64,000 nucleotides of DNA from Candidatus Woesearchaeota archaeon (GTDB lineage: Archaea; Nanobdellota; Nanobdellia; Woesearchaeales; UBA10216). Position 1 is the first letter of the stretch. The number at the start of each line of letters is the position of its first letter. The DNA lies in assembly GCA_002688315.1 (NCBI GenBank), contig NZCN01000002.1, forward strand, positions 38,979 through 102,978, given 5' to 3'. The notes under the pieces were generated by a model. The model was not told the DNA's origin and searched no databases. It was given only the letters and a program-made list of their open reading frames with translations. The translations under genes were made by a program, and so were the position numbers. Shown one piece after another: positions 19,328 through 28,476 of the stretch.

Positions 19328-20391
19328 TATAATAACAACTTCCTGAACATTTCTTCCATCTTTTTATGCACTACATTGTAATTTGCTACTTCTGAAAACT
19401 TCTTTGCTTTTTTACCGTTAGCTTTTCTTAGTTCTGGGTCTTTGTAATACTTGATTATGTCTTCTGCTAGTTTTTCTGCGTCTCCAACTTGGTGATACAA
19501 TGCAGAATCCTTGAAAACTGTGGTAAATGATTCTAAATTAGATAAGCAAAGCGGGATGCTGTTTGTTCCTGCTTCGTAAATTGTTAGGCATTGCGGCTCT
19601 ACGTTTGATGCCATGCAAAAAACATCTGTAACATCAAGTACTGCTTTGATATCCTCTCCTTCCAGAAATCCAAGGTGAATTACGTCTTTGTCCTGCGCCA
19701 TTTGTTTAATAGTTGGCTTTCCTTCTTCTGCAAGGCAGTCTTTTCCTATTAGAACAAGTTTTGCATCAACTGTTTTTTTCACTATGCTGAATGCTTTGAT
19801 TAAAACATCAACTCTCTTAATTCCTCTGAAGTTAGCTACGCATGTTATTATGAAAGGTTTCTTTTTTAATTTTAAAATTTTAAGCCCTTTTGCTTGTGAT
19901 TTTGGTTTTGAAAACAAATCAATGTTTACTGGCAGCGGAATTCTTTCAACTTTTTCACTTGGTATGCGATTTTTCCTGTAAACTTCTGTTTCATATGGTG
20001 TAAGCGCCAGTATCTTGTTGAATCTTTTTAGCAGGAATAAGGAAAGCATTGCGATTGGCTTGCTTGAACCCAATATGTATGTTACTGCTGTATGCACTTT
20101 TTTGCCTGGCAATAGCGCTGCAAAAAGCGATGCAGGATATGGTCTTAGGAAAGTATGAATCAGTAAAGGTCTTTCTTTTAGAGCATACCAAAGCAGTGTA
20201 ACAAAATTAGAAAATCTTTTTACTTTGAATCCGTCAATTACTTCTTCTTTTGCTTCATCTTTTTTCCTTACAGTTAATATTTGCACTCCTAGCCCTAACT
20301 GCTTGAGTATTTTTGCTGGTAAGTTGATGTAGTCTTCTTTTTCAGGCTGGTTTAGCGGATAAACTGGCGCTATTACTATTGCTTTTTTCAT
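19327..20391 (-). CDS. GT4 (GT-B fold) glycosyltransferase
   Basis: C-terminal EX7E-like block 'NVEPQCLTIYEAGTNSIPLC' and overall GT4 layout. Confidence 0.65.
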   Translation of the reverse strand: MKKAIVIAPVYPLNQPEKEDYINLPAKILKQLGLGVQILTVRKKDEAKEEVIDGFKVKRFSNFVTLLWYALKERPLLIHTFLRPYPASLFAALLPGKKVHTAVTYILGSSKPIAMLSLFLLKRFNKILALTPYETEVYRKNRIPSEKVERIPLPVNIDLFSKPKSQAKGLKILKLKKKPFIITCVANFRGIKRVDVLIKAFSIVKKTVDAKLVLIGKDCLAEEGKPTIKQMAQDKDVIHLGFLEGEDIKAVLDVTDVFCMASNVEPQCLTIYEAGTNSIPLCLSNLESFTTVFKDSALYHQVGDAEKLAEDIIKYYKDPELRKANGKKAKKFSEVANYNVVHKKMEEMFRKLLL

Positions 20392-20882
20392 TCTTTGACT
20401 GCTTTTAGTTTAAACTTGATTTCATTAACAACATTCAGGAGAACGTATCTTAGCAAATTTCTGAATGGAATGTAGCGGAAAGGCATTGTGTAAACCAATT
20501 TTTGGCTCACAAGCTCAAACTTAAACTTCCTGTTGTATCCATTATTTACAATGTAATGCTTGGCTGTATCGTCTGCAAAGAAATGCTTGTGTGTTGGGTC
20601 TTGGAATGCTCCGCTTGAGCTGAAGTATGGAACAATTGCTGTTAGAATTCCGTTTGGCTTTAGGATTCTGTAAAGCTCTTCCATTACTTTAAGCACATCA
20701 TCCACATGCTCCAGAAGGTGCGATGCGTGTATTTCTTCAAAATGGTTTTTAGGAAAAGGATACGGAAATTTGTTTAAGTCATGCACAACATCAACACCAT
20801 CACGTTTAATGATGTCAACATTAACATACCCTTTTCTCACATCAGTCCCACACCCTAAATTAAGCTTCGCCATTCTTTTCAC
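20388..20882 (-). CDS. Class I SAM-dependent methyltransferase (type 11-like)
   Basis: 'LNLGCGTDVRKGYVNVDI' and 'LKPNGILTAIVP'. Overlaps the GT4 start by 4 nt. Confidence 0.65.
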   Translation of the reverse strand: MKRMAKLNLGCGTDVRKGYVNVDIIKRDGVDVVHDLNKFPYPFPKNHFEEIHASHLLEHVDDVLKVMEELYRILKPNGILTAIVPYFSSSGAFQDPTHKHFFADDTAKHYIVNNGYNRKFKFELVSQKLVYTMPFRYIPFRNLLRYVLLNVVNEIKFKLKAVKE

Positions 20883-20962
20883 GAAACTTACTCCCTATAA
20901 AAATTTAATTACTGGTGGGAACGAAACATTTTAATACTTCTGTTTAAGGAACTGTTTTTGGA

Positions 20963-21133
20963 ATGGAAGAAAATACAAACAGTTCATCGCTTTCAGATGC
21001 TTGGAAGTATTTGAAAGCAAGGAAAGCATGGTGGCTTCTGCCACTTATTGTTTTGGTTGTGTTAGTTGGTGGAACATTAGTTCTTTCAACACTGTTTCCT
21101 AAAGTGATTCCCTTTCTTTATGCTGTAAGGTAA
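20963..21133 (+). CDS. Small membrane protein (56 aa), DUF5989-like; not in the supplied ORF track
   Basis: Translation 'MEENTNSSSLSDAWKYLKARKAWWLLPLIVLVVLVGGTLVLSTLFPKVIPFLYAVR'. Shares the 'K(K/A)xWLLP..LVLVGG...PF(I/L)YA' pattern with ORF 49220..49426. TATA-like 'ctataaaaattta' lies ~55 nt upstream. Confidence 0.5.
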   Translation: MEENTNSSSLSDAWKYLKARKAWWLLPLIVLVVLVGGTLVLSTLFPKVIPFLYAVR

Positions 21134-21163
21134 TTTCAAGTTAATCAAAAATTCCGACATTTA

Positions 21164-21215
21164 CTCTTTTTCCCTTATCTCCTCCCCTTAAAAATTAGGG
21201 GGAAGAGATAAGGAA
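21164..21215. terminator. Intergenic inverted-repeat hairpin (CTCCTCCCC family) between convergent genes; putative bidirectional terminator
   Basis: 'ctctttttcccttatctcctcccc-ttaaaaatta-gggggaagagataagg': ~15 bp stem with a T-rich 5' flank and an A-rich 3' flank. Confidence 0.4.
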
Positions 21216-21251
21216 TCGAGCTAAGCTAGAAAAGAGTTTGATGTTAATAAC

Positions 21252-22370
21252 TTAGCTTTCTGTTTCACTCTGCATTATTTCTTTTTCAACTATTTCTGCA
21301 GCTAAAGCATGGCCTTCCTTGTTCCAATGCGCTTCTATTGGATAGTATAGTTTCCTGCTTTTTCCTTCTTCCTTGAATTCAGGAAGCGGGTCAACAAGTT
21401 TTATTCTTTCTTTGTCTGCAAACTCTCTCATTGTTTTGCTGAACTTTCCAAAGTCATAGTCTTCAGGGTTTACTGCTGTTTTCTTGATTATGTCTTGCCA
21501 TAGTTCATTGTCAACCTGAAGCTGGTCTGGAATCATAACAATCCAGAACTGTGCGCCTTCTTTTTCCACGTCTTCTTTGAGTTTTCTTATTGCGTCAAAT
21601 GTAAGCTCAAGCCATTCATTTACATCTTCTCGTTCTGTTTTTTCAAGGTATGGAAGAACTGTTGCTTCTGCGTCTATTGTTACAGTTTTAGTTCTGATTA
21701 CAGGAGCTAGTTGGAGTGCAGTGTTTTTTGTCATGCAGTATAAGTCGCTTTTTCTGTTTAGGAAAAGTTTTGCTTTAAAAGACAAAGCTGTTTGCGCTGC
21801 TGTATAGTCATCAACAAGGTAGCCGTCTCTCACAAACCAATCGCAGCTGTCTGAAAGTTTTCTTACTACATCGTTCTGGTAAAAGCTTAGTATCACAATG
21901 TCTGGATTGTATTTTTTGCCTTCTTCGTTAAAGTATTTTTGCTGCTGGTCAAGCCCATAACCTAGAACTCCCATGTTCATTACTTCGTACTTTCCATTAG
22001 AATTCTTGTTTAAGTTCTGTTCAAGAACGTTAAGATAGACTTCTTCTCCTTCAACACCTACTCCAAACTGAAATGAATCTCCTAACCCGAGTATTCTGGT
22101 TGTGTCTGCAGGTTTTTCGTAGCTGTATTCGCTGTCTCTTAGTCCTTGGCTGTTTGTTTTGATGTTTATGCTGAATTCTGCTGTTTTTATGCTTCCTTCA
22201 TAATCTTTGCTGAGTTCGTGGCATAGCAGTTCGTCTTCAACAAACATTCCTTTTGGATAAGCATAACACTTCTGAGGCGCCATTAACTTTAACGAAAACT
22301 CTGCCACAAGAATAAAGACGACAATAGTAAAAACCAGCAACACTATCCGATCTTTGCTTATCCTCACCAT
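21252..22370 (-). CDS. Membrane-anchored SGNH/GDSL-fold hydrolase
   Basis: N-terminal TM 'LLVFTIVVFILVAEF', 'ILGLGDSFQFGVGV' (block I), 'GVLGYGLDQ' (block II), 'EAHWNKEGH' (His block). Confidence 0.6.
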   Translation of the reverse strand: MVRISKDRIVLLVFTIVVFILVAEFSLKLMAPQKCYAYPKGMFVEDELLCHELSKDYEGSIKTAEFSINIKTNSQGLRDSEYSYEKPADTTRILGLGDSFQFGVGVEGEEVYLNVLEQNLNKNSNGKYEVMNMGVLGYGLDQQQKYFNEEGKKYNPDIVILSFYQNDVVRKLSDSCDWFVRDGYLVDDYTAAQTALSFKAKLFLNRKSDLYCMTKNTALQLAPVIRTKTVTIDAEATVLPYLEKTEREDVNEWLELTFDAIRKLKEDVEKEGAQFWIVMIPDQLQVDNELWQDIIKKTAVNPEDYDFGKFSKTMREFADKERIKLVDPLPEFKEEGKSRKLYYPIEAHWNKEGHALAAEIVEKEIMQSETES

Positions 22371-22453
22371 AACCTTTTTTTCCTGCCTGCATGCTATTTA
22401 ATTGTTTTGGATTTTACCAAAATTTATATACGTATTATTAATAGCTTGTTTAG

Positions 22454-23530
22454 ATGGTTAAGAACAATCCTGTCGTATCAGTCATTCTTTTGAACTGGAA
22501 TGGAATTCGTTATACTGTTCCGTGTTTAAAGTCTTTGAAAAAGCAGTCTTACAAGAACTTTGAAATAATTGTTGTGGATAACGGCTCTACAAAAGATAAT
22601 TCTGTTGAAATACTTAAAAAAACAAAAGGAATCAAGCTTGTCTTAAATTCAAAAAACCTTGGTTTTGCTTCTGGGAACAATGTTGGTGTTAAGGCTTCCT
22701 CAGCTACAAAATACATTGCTTTCCTAAACAATGATACCACTGTTTCCAGGGATTGGCTTAAAGAGCTTGTTGGTGTCATGGAAGCAAACCCAGAGCTTGG
22801 CGAAGCAGAATCAAAAATTTATAACAAGTATTACAATAAAAAATACCAGTTTGACTATTACGGAACACCTACGCACTTGCTGTTTGTTTCTGAATATGAT
22901 TTTGATGTTTCTGAAAAAAAATACGTGCCTATGTTCAGCACAAGCGGCGCTGCAATGATTTACAGGAAAAACCTTGTTGAGATTCCTTTTGATGACGATT
23001 ACTTCATGTACAATGAAGACAGCTATCTTGGATGGCTTTTAAGATTAAAAGGCTACAAAGCTGGTGTTGTTCCTAAAGCAAAGGTTTACCATGAAGGCGA
23101 AGCAACTATCAAAAGTGTTAAAGGAATGAGCAATTTTTTCACTTATCTTGGTGAACGCAATCGTCTGATGAATCTTTTCATTTTCTACAGCCCTTTAACC
23201 TTGCTGAAGATGCTGCCGCTAATTTTGTTAACAATATTTTTCATAAATGTTTATGATTTCAAAAAGATTCCTTCAAGGCTGAAAAGTTATTTATGGCTTT
23301 TAACGCATGCATTCTCAATATTGTCAAAAAGGTTTAAAATTCAAAAGCAGAGAAAAGTTCCTGACTCTAAGATAACTCCTTACTTGTCTTCCAAACTGTT
23401 TGAAGTTAAGTATTTCAAAAACAAAAGTGCAAAACTTGTTGCAAAGCTGTTAAATGGCTTTTCTTTTGCATACTGCAAACTAATGGGAATAAAGTCTGTT
23501 GAGTTTAACAGGGAAGAAGCAGGATTCTAG
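22454..23530 (+). CDS. GT2 glycosyltransferase (rhamnosyl/galactofuranosyl-transferase-like) with C-terminal TM helices
   Basis: 'VSVILLNWNGIRYTVPCLKSL', 'IVVDNGSTKDNS' and 'FLNNDTTV'. Hydrophobic C-terminal 'LLKMLPLILLTIFFINV'. Confidence 0.65.
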   Translation: MVKNNPVVSVILLNWNGIRYTVPCLKSLKKQSYKNFEIIVVDNGSTKDNSVEILKKTKGIKLVLNSKNLGFASGNNVGVKASSATKYIAFLNNDTTVSRDWLKELVGVMEANPELGEAESKIYNKYYNKKYQFDYYGTPTHLLFVSEYDFDVSEKKYVPMFSTSGAAMIYRKNLVEIPFDDDYFMYNEDSYLGWLLRLKGYKAGVVPKAKVYHEGEATIKSVKGMSNFFTYLGERNRLMNLFIFYSPLTLLKMLPLILLTIFFINVYDFKKIPSRLKSYLWLLTHAFSILSKRFKIQKQRKVPDSKITPYLSSKLFEVKYFKNKSAKLVAKLLNGFSFAYCKLMGIKSVEFNREEAGF

Positions 23531-24555
23531 CATAATTTTTTGTAAAGTTCCAAGTGGTTTTCTGCAGTCTTTTTCCAGTTTGCTTCTTTTCTGTAAGCAG
23601 CAAGTCCTTTTTTGTATTGGTCATAGTTTTTCATTGTTTTTTTAATCCCATTTGCTACAGCCTTGGGATTTTTCTCAACTATTTCTCCAAACTTAAAGTG
23701 TTCAACCATTTCCGGCAATGCTCCGGCATTAGTAACAACAACAGGAATTCCTACTGAAACTGCATTGTGCAAAGGACCTGACTGGTATTGGGCTTGCAGG
23801 TAAGGCAAAACTAGTAAATCAGCTTCTCTGAACTGTTTCCATCGTTCTTTATTGCTTACCCATCCGAATTTGAAGCTTATGTTTGGAACATCTACCATTT
23901 TCCTTATTTGCTTTTCTTGTTTTTTGTCAACAAAACTTCCTATTATCTTAAGATGGTATTCTGGAAGCATTTTCATTGCTTTTATGAGCATTTCAAGCCC
24001 TTTTTTTCTGGATATTTTTCCAAAAAACAAAATTTTATTGCTTTTTTTATGCGAAACATCAAATAACTCAAGCCCATGGCATATGCATGTAACATTTTTT
24101 GCATCATATTTCTTTGCTAAGAAAGCTTTTTGCTGAGGTGTATGCGCAATAATCATCCTGGACTTTCTTACAATTTCTTTTTCAAGAAATGCCATTGCTT
24201 TTTTTCTTAAAAAATTATAACCTTCATAATTGTAATGCACTTCATGCATTGTGTTCACAACAGGAATTTTTTGTCCTAATGATTGCAAAAGGTTTAGGTT
24301 TAAAGTATGCCTTCCAAAATAAGCTGCTATGTATTGGATGTGCAAAACATCAAGCTGCTCTTTTTCTATTATTCTTTGCAGCTGGCTTTTCAGCCGGAAT
24401 GATTTGAAATTAACTTTGTAATCAGCAGATTCTGATTTCAAATCTCCAATCTTAACAACTTTGCATATCTTGCTTAGCTCTCTGCATAGATTTTCAGAGT
24501 ATATTGCTATTCCGTCTTTTTCAGGCATGAATTTGCTTATTATTCCTACTTTCAT
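23527..24555 (-). CDS. GT4-like (GT-B) glycosyltransferase
   Basis: C-terminal 'SGPLHNAVSVGIPVVVTNAGALPEMV' block is typical of GT1/GT4 nucleotide-sugar binding domains. Confidence 0.6.
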   Translation of the reverse strand: MKVGIISKFMPEKDGIAIYSENLCRELSKICKVVKIGDLKSESADYKVNFKSFRLKSQLQRIIEKEQLDVLHIQYIAAYFGRHTLNLNLLQSLGQKIPVVNTMHEVHYNYEGYNFLRKKAMAFLEKEIVRKSRMIIAHTPQQKAFLAKKYDAKNVTCICHGLELFDVSHKKSNKILFFGKISRKKGLEMLIKAMKMLPEYHLKIIGSFVDKKQEKQIRKMVDVPNISFKFGWVSNKERWKQFREADLLVLPYLQAQYQSGPLHNAVSVGIPVVVTNAGALPEMVEHFKFGEIVEKNPKAVANGIKKTMKNYDQYKKGLAAYRKEANWKKTAENHLELYKKLC

Positions 24556-24597
24556 TTTTCAATTCCTCTACCGATCATCATTTGCTAAGTAAATTTC

Positions 24598-24634
24598 ATT
24601 TTTCCTCCCCTTAACTTTTTAGGGAAGGGAAAAT
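24598..24634. terminator. Intergenic imperfect hairpin (CTCCTCCCC family), downstream of the 24666..25400 gene
   Basis: 'ttttcctcccc-ttaacttttta-gggaagggaaaa'. T-rich and A-rich flanks. Related to the hairpins at 21164 and 49089. Confidence 0.35.
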
Positions 24635-24665
24635 GAACTTGAGCATTGCTTAGGTGTGGCTTGTA

Positions 24666-25400
24666 TTATCTTAACCTCAACTTCAAAGCTTCAATCCAAT
24701 ACAAAATACTTGTTTTGAGCAGGTTTGTTTTGCTTTTCCCATAGCGTCTTGGCATGTAAGCAAAAGGCATTTCTTTTATTCTTAATTTTGAAGGCTTTAA
24801 TGCGTAGAGCATTCTGAAACAATAGTCCCCATAACCTCGAAAAATCTTTTCTATGTTCAGCCCTTCAAAAGCTTTTCTTTTGATTGCGAAGAATCCGCCT
24901 GTTGAATCAAGTACTTGGATTCCAAGAAACATTTTAATGATGTAATTAAATAGCTTGCTTAGGCTGTACTGAACAAAATCAGTATTCATGCTTCCTCCTT
25001 TAACATACCTGGAAGCAAAAACAGCGTCTGCGTCTTTCAACTGTCTGAGAAGCATTGGAACAAGTTCTGGTGGATGACTAAAGTCAGTGTCCATTAGTAC
25101 AATTGTTTCTCCGCTGCTTTCTTTAATTCCTCTTAGAATAGCTGTTCCTAATCCTCTTTCAGTTCTTATTATTACCTTGACTTCTTTCAACTTTTTAGCT
25201 TCTTTTCCTGTTCCATCAGGGCTGTTATCATCTACTACAATGATTTCAGGAGCATAACCAGCTGACTTGATTTTCTTAGTAAGTTCTTTACATAATTCAC
25301 TGATGTTCCCGCGCTCATTATAGGTTGGGAGTATTACAGAAACTTTTGATGCCATAAGAAAAAGCATCAAATAACATCTTTTAAAGGTTTTGTTCAGCAA
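24666..25400 (-). CDS. Dolichyl-phosphate mannose/glucose synthase (Dpm1-like GT2); likely start ~25355
   Basis: 'VSVILPTYNERGNI', 'VVDDNSPDGT' and 'LMDTDFSHPPELVP' are the canonical Dpm1 motifs. Confidence 0.8.
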   Translation of the reverse strand: MLNKTFKRCYLMLFLMASKVSVILPTYNERGNISELCKELTKKIKSAGYAPEIIVVDDNSPDGTGKEAKKLKEVKVIIRTERGLGTAILRGIKESSGETIVLMDTDFSHPPELVPMLLRQLKDADAVFASRYVKGGSMNTDFVQYSLSKLFNYIIKMFLGIQVLDSTGGFFAIKRKAFEGLNIEKIFRGYGDYCFRMLYALKPSKLRIKEMPFAYMPRRYGKSKTNLLKTSILYWIEALKLRLR

Positions 25401-25414
25401 AACCTACGAATTTA

Positions 25415-26293
25415 ATGAGTTTGGTTTTGTTGCATTATCTAAAGGTTTCAACCATAAATTTAAATATAACTCTATTCATAATTCAAAGCATGACTACTCT
25501 TTCAAAATATTTTATAGAAAGCGAAAACATTGGGATTTATGAACAAATTCTTGAAAAAGTGACTATCATTGATGCGCATACTCACATTGGTTCTGATGTT
25601 GACGGGCATAAGCTGAGTGTTCCTAGCTTGCTCAAAAGCATGAAACACAATGATATCAATAAGGCCATTATATTTCCTCCTGATGATAAGCGGGCAGGAA
25701 GAACTTTTTCACATCCTAACGAGCATATCCTTAAAGCTTACCAAAACAACCCGCAAAAATTCATACCTTTTTTCAGATTAAATCCAAAATACGACTGGAC
25801 AGAAGAGCTTGAAAAAAGAGTTTCGCAGGGATTTTTAGGTGTAAAGCTTCACCCACGCGCTCAAAAATTTTTTATGACATCACAAAAAGCAATGAGTTTA
25901 TACAAAAAGCTTGAGAAAGAAAACCTTATCCTGCTTATTCATGCTGGTTTTGGCCTTGATTCAATTGCTGAAGACCTTAACAGCATAGCAAGGACATTTC
26001 CTAAGCTTAAGATACTTGTCGGCCATGGCGGTTTTCCAGATTTGGAAAGTGTAATTCGTTTGCTGAAAGCTCGCGATAATATTATGTTTGAGATTTCCAC
26101 TATGCGCATTTTTGACTTGCTTGAATTGCTGAAGTCTGTTTCTTCAAAAAAAATTGTTTTTGGTTCAGATGTTCCTTATTACGACCAAACGCTTTCTTTG
26201 CAGGTGTTGATTGATTCAGCTACGCTTGCCAGAAAGCAACCCCATCAGATTAGAAGAATGCTTGGAGAGAACTTGGAAAAATGGCTAAAGTAA
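25415..26293 (+). CDS. Metal-dependent amidohydrolase (TIM-barrel, amidohydrolase_2-like); likely start ~25490
   Basis: 'IIDAHTHIGSD' (HxH metal site), 'LILLIHAGFG', 'VGHGGFP', 'FGSDVPY' (terminal Asp). Confidence 0.6.
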   Translation: MSLVLLHYLKVSTINLNITLFIIQSMTTLSKYFIESENIGIYEQILEKVTIIDAHTHIGSDVDGHKLSVPSLLKSMKHNDINKAIIFPPDDKRAGRTFSHPNEHILKAYQNNPQKFIPFFRLNPKYDWTEELEKRVSQGFLGVKLHPRAQKFFMTSQKAMSLYKKLEKENLILLIHAGFGLDSIAEDLNSIARTFPKLKILVGHGGFPDLESVIRLLKARDNIMFEISTMRIFDLLELLKSVSSKKIVFGSDVPYYDQTLSLQVLIDSATLARKQPHQIRRMLGENLEKWLK

Positions 26294-26664
26294 ATGTTTA
26301 CAAGACGTTTTTTGAAAAGAAGATTTTGCCTATTATGAGAGAAGAAGGCAAAAACAGGGAAAAGCTGATTTATTATCTGAAATTGTATACACATTTAATC
26401 ACAGCAATTGAGGAACTTGGTTCCCGCAGAGGTTTTGACAGGCTTAAGATAGTCTCCCAACTTACAAGAGAAAGCCATCCTGGAGAAACCCATTATATCA
26501 AGTACATCCATTCCCTTGTTCGCAGTGTTTTTTCCCATAAACGGCGCATAAAGAACATACTCAACAAAGACCCTGCTGCAGACCCTCTGCACGCCAAGAC
26601 CCAGCTATTAACAGCACAAAACATCTGCATGCTTCGCATTCTCAAGCTTAGCTCTTCTGCTTAG
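26281..26664 (+). CDS. Hypothetical protein (127 aa); start overlaps the amidohydrolase stop
   Basis: ORF only; no recognisable motif. The 13-nt overlap with the upstream gene suggests co-transcription. Confidence 0.35.
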   Translation: MAKVNVYKTFFEKKILPIMREEGKNREKLIYYLKLYTHLITAIEELGSRRGFDRLKIVSQLTRESHPGETHYIKYIHSLVRSVFSHKRRIKNILNKDPAADPLHAKTQLLTAQNICMLRILKLSSSA

Positions 26665-26774
26665 TAAAAGCAATAAAACCTATTTATTTTCAATATAGTA
26701 AATAATACATATTCCTACTATGAAGTAGTTACAAATAGAAAGATTTAAATACTAGTGGTTTCAATCTTTTTGAT

Positions 26775-27824
26775 ATGTTAAGCTACGCAAGACTTGAGAA
26801 TGGATTAGATCAAGATAAAATAGATCATCTAACTAGTCGTAATATTGAAGTGCATACAGATTCTAGTAGAGGCACTACTTTTTTAGTTAAAAATCATGGA
26901 AGCCTCCCTAATGATCTAATTGTGGCTGAAAATTTGACTGATTTTAATGACGCGTTAAACGGTGTTCATAATTTATTTTCACAAACTGTCGATACAGTTG
27001 CAGAAAACGCTTTTCTTGATGTCCTTCTATTGGATGATGAAAGAATGAAAGTTGATGGCAATGAAGTAACTGGCTTTGCAGTTGTTAAGAGACCTAATGG
27101 ACGTTTTGATGTTAGAGGCGAAAAAGCGCTTTCTGAAGACAATCCATTAATTGGTGGATATGGCAGCTTATTGCGTGTTGCTGAATTAGCTTCAACATAT
27201 GCCACTCCTGTTGGTATTGATTTCGGTAACGTATACTGGATGATTGGAGAAAGCATGGAAGTAATTCTGGATAAACTTCCAAGTAGAGGTTTCTGGGAAA
27301 AAGATCCTGAAGTTGTTGCAAGAACTGGAGTACTTAATATTAGAGAGAATCCAACTGGTAGGTTCGTTGCAATAGTTTATGATGCTAATGTTGATAACAA
27401 AGATGCTCACAGAACTTTTATGAGAGAGCAAGATTATAGGTTTGTTGAAGTACCACCAGAAGTTTCAGTAGAATATGTGAGTGATAGAGAGAATCCTCGT
27501 GATTTAAGTAGACCGATTTATGTTGTTCAAGCTCACAAGCTTAAAGTTAGAGATGGAGCAAATGGAGTTCACGATTTCCGTGATTTCCAAGCTGTGTCTG
27601 ACGCTGAACCTAGTTTAAATTATATTAAAGTTGTTGCAGAAGGTTTGGCATATGCTGCTGCAGTTGAAAACGAACCAGGAAGATTGTTAAAAACTTATAA
27701 GGAACATACTGTTATGCCTGATGGTCAAACATTGCTAGCTTCTCGTCCGGAATTTGATGAAGCTCTTGGTGTTGTTCAAGAACGTTTGCAAAAAGGTATA
27801 GACGCATTAGTTTCTGCTAGATAG
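26775..27824 (+). CDS. Hypothetical acidic protein (349 aa) of unknown function
   Basis: Long ORF with no recognisable motif. Arg codon usage (cgt-rich) differs from neighbouring genes (aga/agg). Confidence 0.4.
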   Translation: MLSYARLENGLDQDKIDHLTSRNIEVHTDSSRGTTFLVKNHGSLPNDLIVAENLTDFNDALNGVHNLFSQTVDTVAENAFLDVLLLDDERMKVDGNEVTGFAVVKRPNGRFDVRGEKALSEDNPLIGGYGSLLRVAELASTYATPVGIDFGNVYWMIGESMEVILDKLPSRGFWEKDPEVVARTGVLNIRENPTGRFVAIVYDANVDNKDAHRTFMREQDYRFVEVPPEVSVEYVSDRENPRDLSRPIYVVQAHKLKVRDGANGVHDFRDFQAVSDAEPSLNYIKVVAEGLAYAAAVENEPGRLLKTYKEHTVMPDGQTLLASRPEFDEALGVVQERLQKGIDALVSAR

Positions 27825-27868
27825 CTTTCACAGAATTTTTTACGATTTGCTTAGAACCGCATAATTAT

Positions 27869-28120
27869 CTATTGTTTGTATATATTTCTTCTATGCCCTA
27901 TTCTAACGACAAATATCGTTTTTCCTTTTATTAAGACGTCTAGTTCTGCTCTGTAAACTCCTATCCTTAATTTCCACAATTGCGTTCCTTTAAGCCTCAT
28001 TACATAATGAAACGGATCGCTCTTTATAGATTGTAATTTATTAAGAATTATTTCCGTTTGTTTCCTAGGCAATTTTTTTAGAAACTTCTGTGAAGTGGCT
28101 GATAGTTCTACATTGTACAT
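27869..28120 (-). CDS. Type II toxin, RelE/ParE family
   Basis: 83 aa with 'GVYRAELDVLIKGKTIFVVRIGHRRNIY' C-terminal RelE/ParE signature. 4-nt gap to the upstream antitoxin gene. Confidence 0.75.
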   Translation of the reverse strand: MYNVELSATSQKFLKKLPRKQTEIILNKLQSIKSDPFHYVMRLKGTQLWKLRIGVYRAELDVLIKGKTIFVVRIGHRRNIYKQ

Positions 28121-28124
28121 TATT

Positions 28125-28373
28125 CTAGCCTTTTAGTTTAACACCTAATTCTTTTGCTGCTTTCTCAAGAGAAACAGTTCGTCCAGCTCTTATATCTTCC
28201 AATCCTTGCCTTATATCATTTATATCTTCTTTTGTTAACACATCTGTATCATTTGTTTGAATTAACTTCCTAATTATGTCGTCATAAGACTGTCTATTGT
28301 AATCTTTTAACTCTTTTAGCTTTACAGCTGTATCTTTTTTTACTTGTATCATAGTTGTTTTCATTTTCATCAC
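28125..28373 (-). CDS. Antitoxin partner of the RelE-like toxin (RHH/AbrB-like N-terminus)
   Basis: 82 aa, 'MIQVKKDTAVKLKELK' and 'DINDIRQGLEDIRAGRTVSLEKAAKELG'. Position immediately upstream of the toxin. Confidence 0.55.
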   Translation of the reverse strand: MMKMKTTMIQVKKDTAVKLKELKDYNRQSYDDIIRKLIQTNDTDVLTKEDINDIRQGLEDIRAGRTVSLEKAAKELGVKLKG

Positions 28374-28476
28374 CTATTATAAACTACTTATAAAGAAGTA
28401 TTAAACTACTATATAAGCTTTTTGGTCTTTTTGTTTTAATAAACATTTATAAACCAAACTTCGTAACCTTTTTCTT

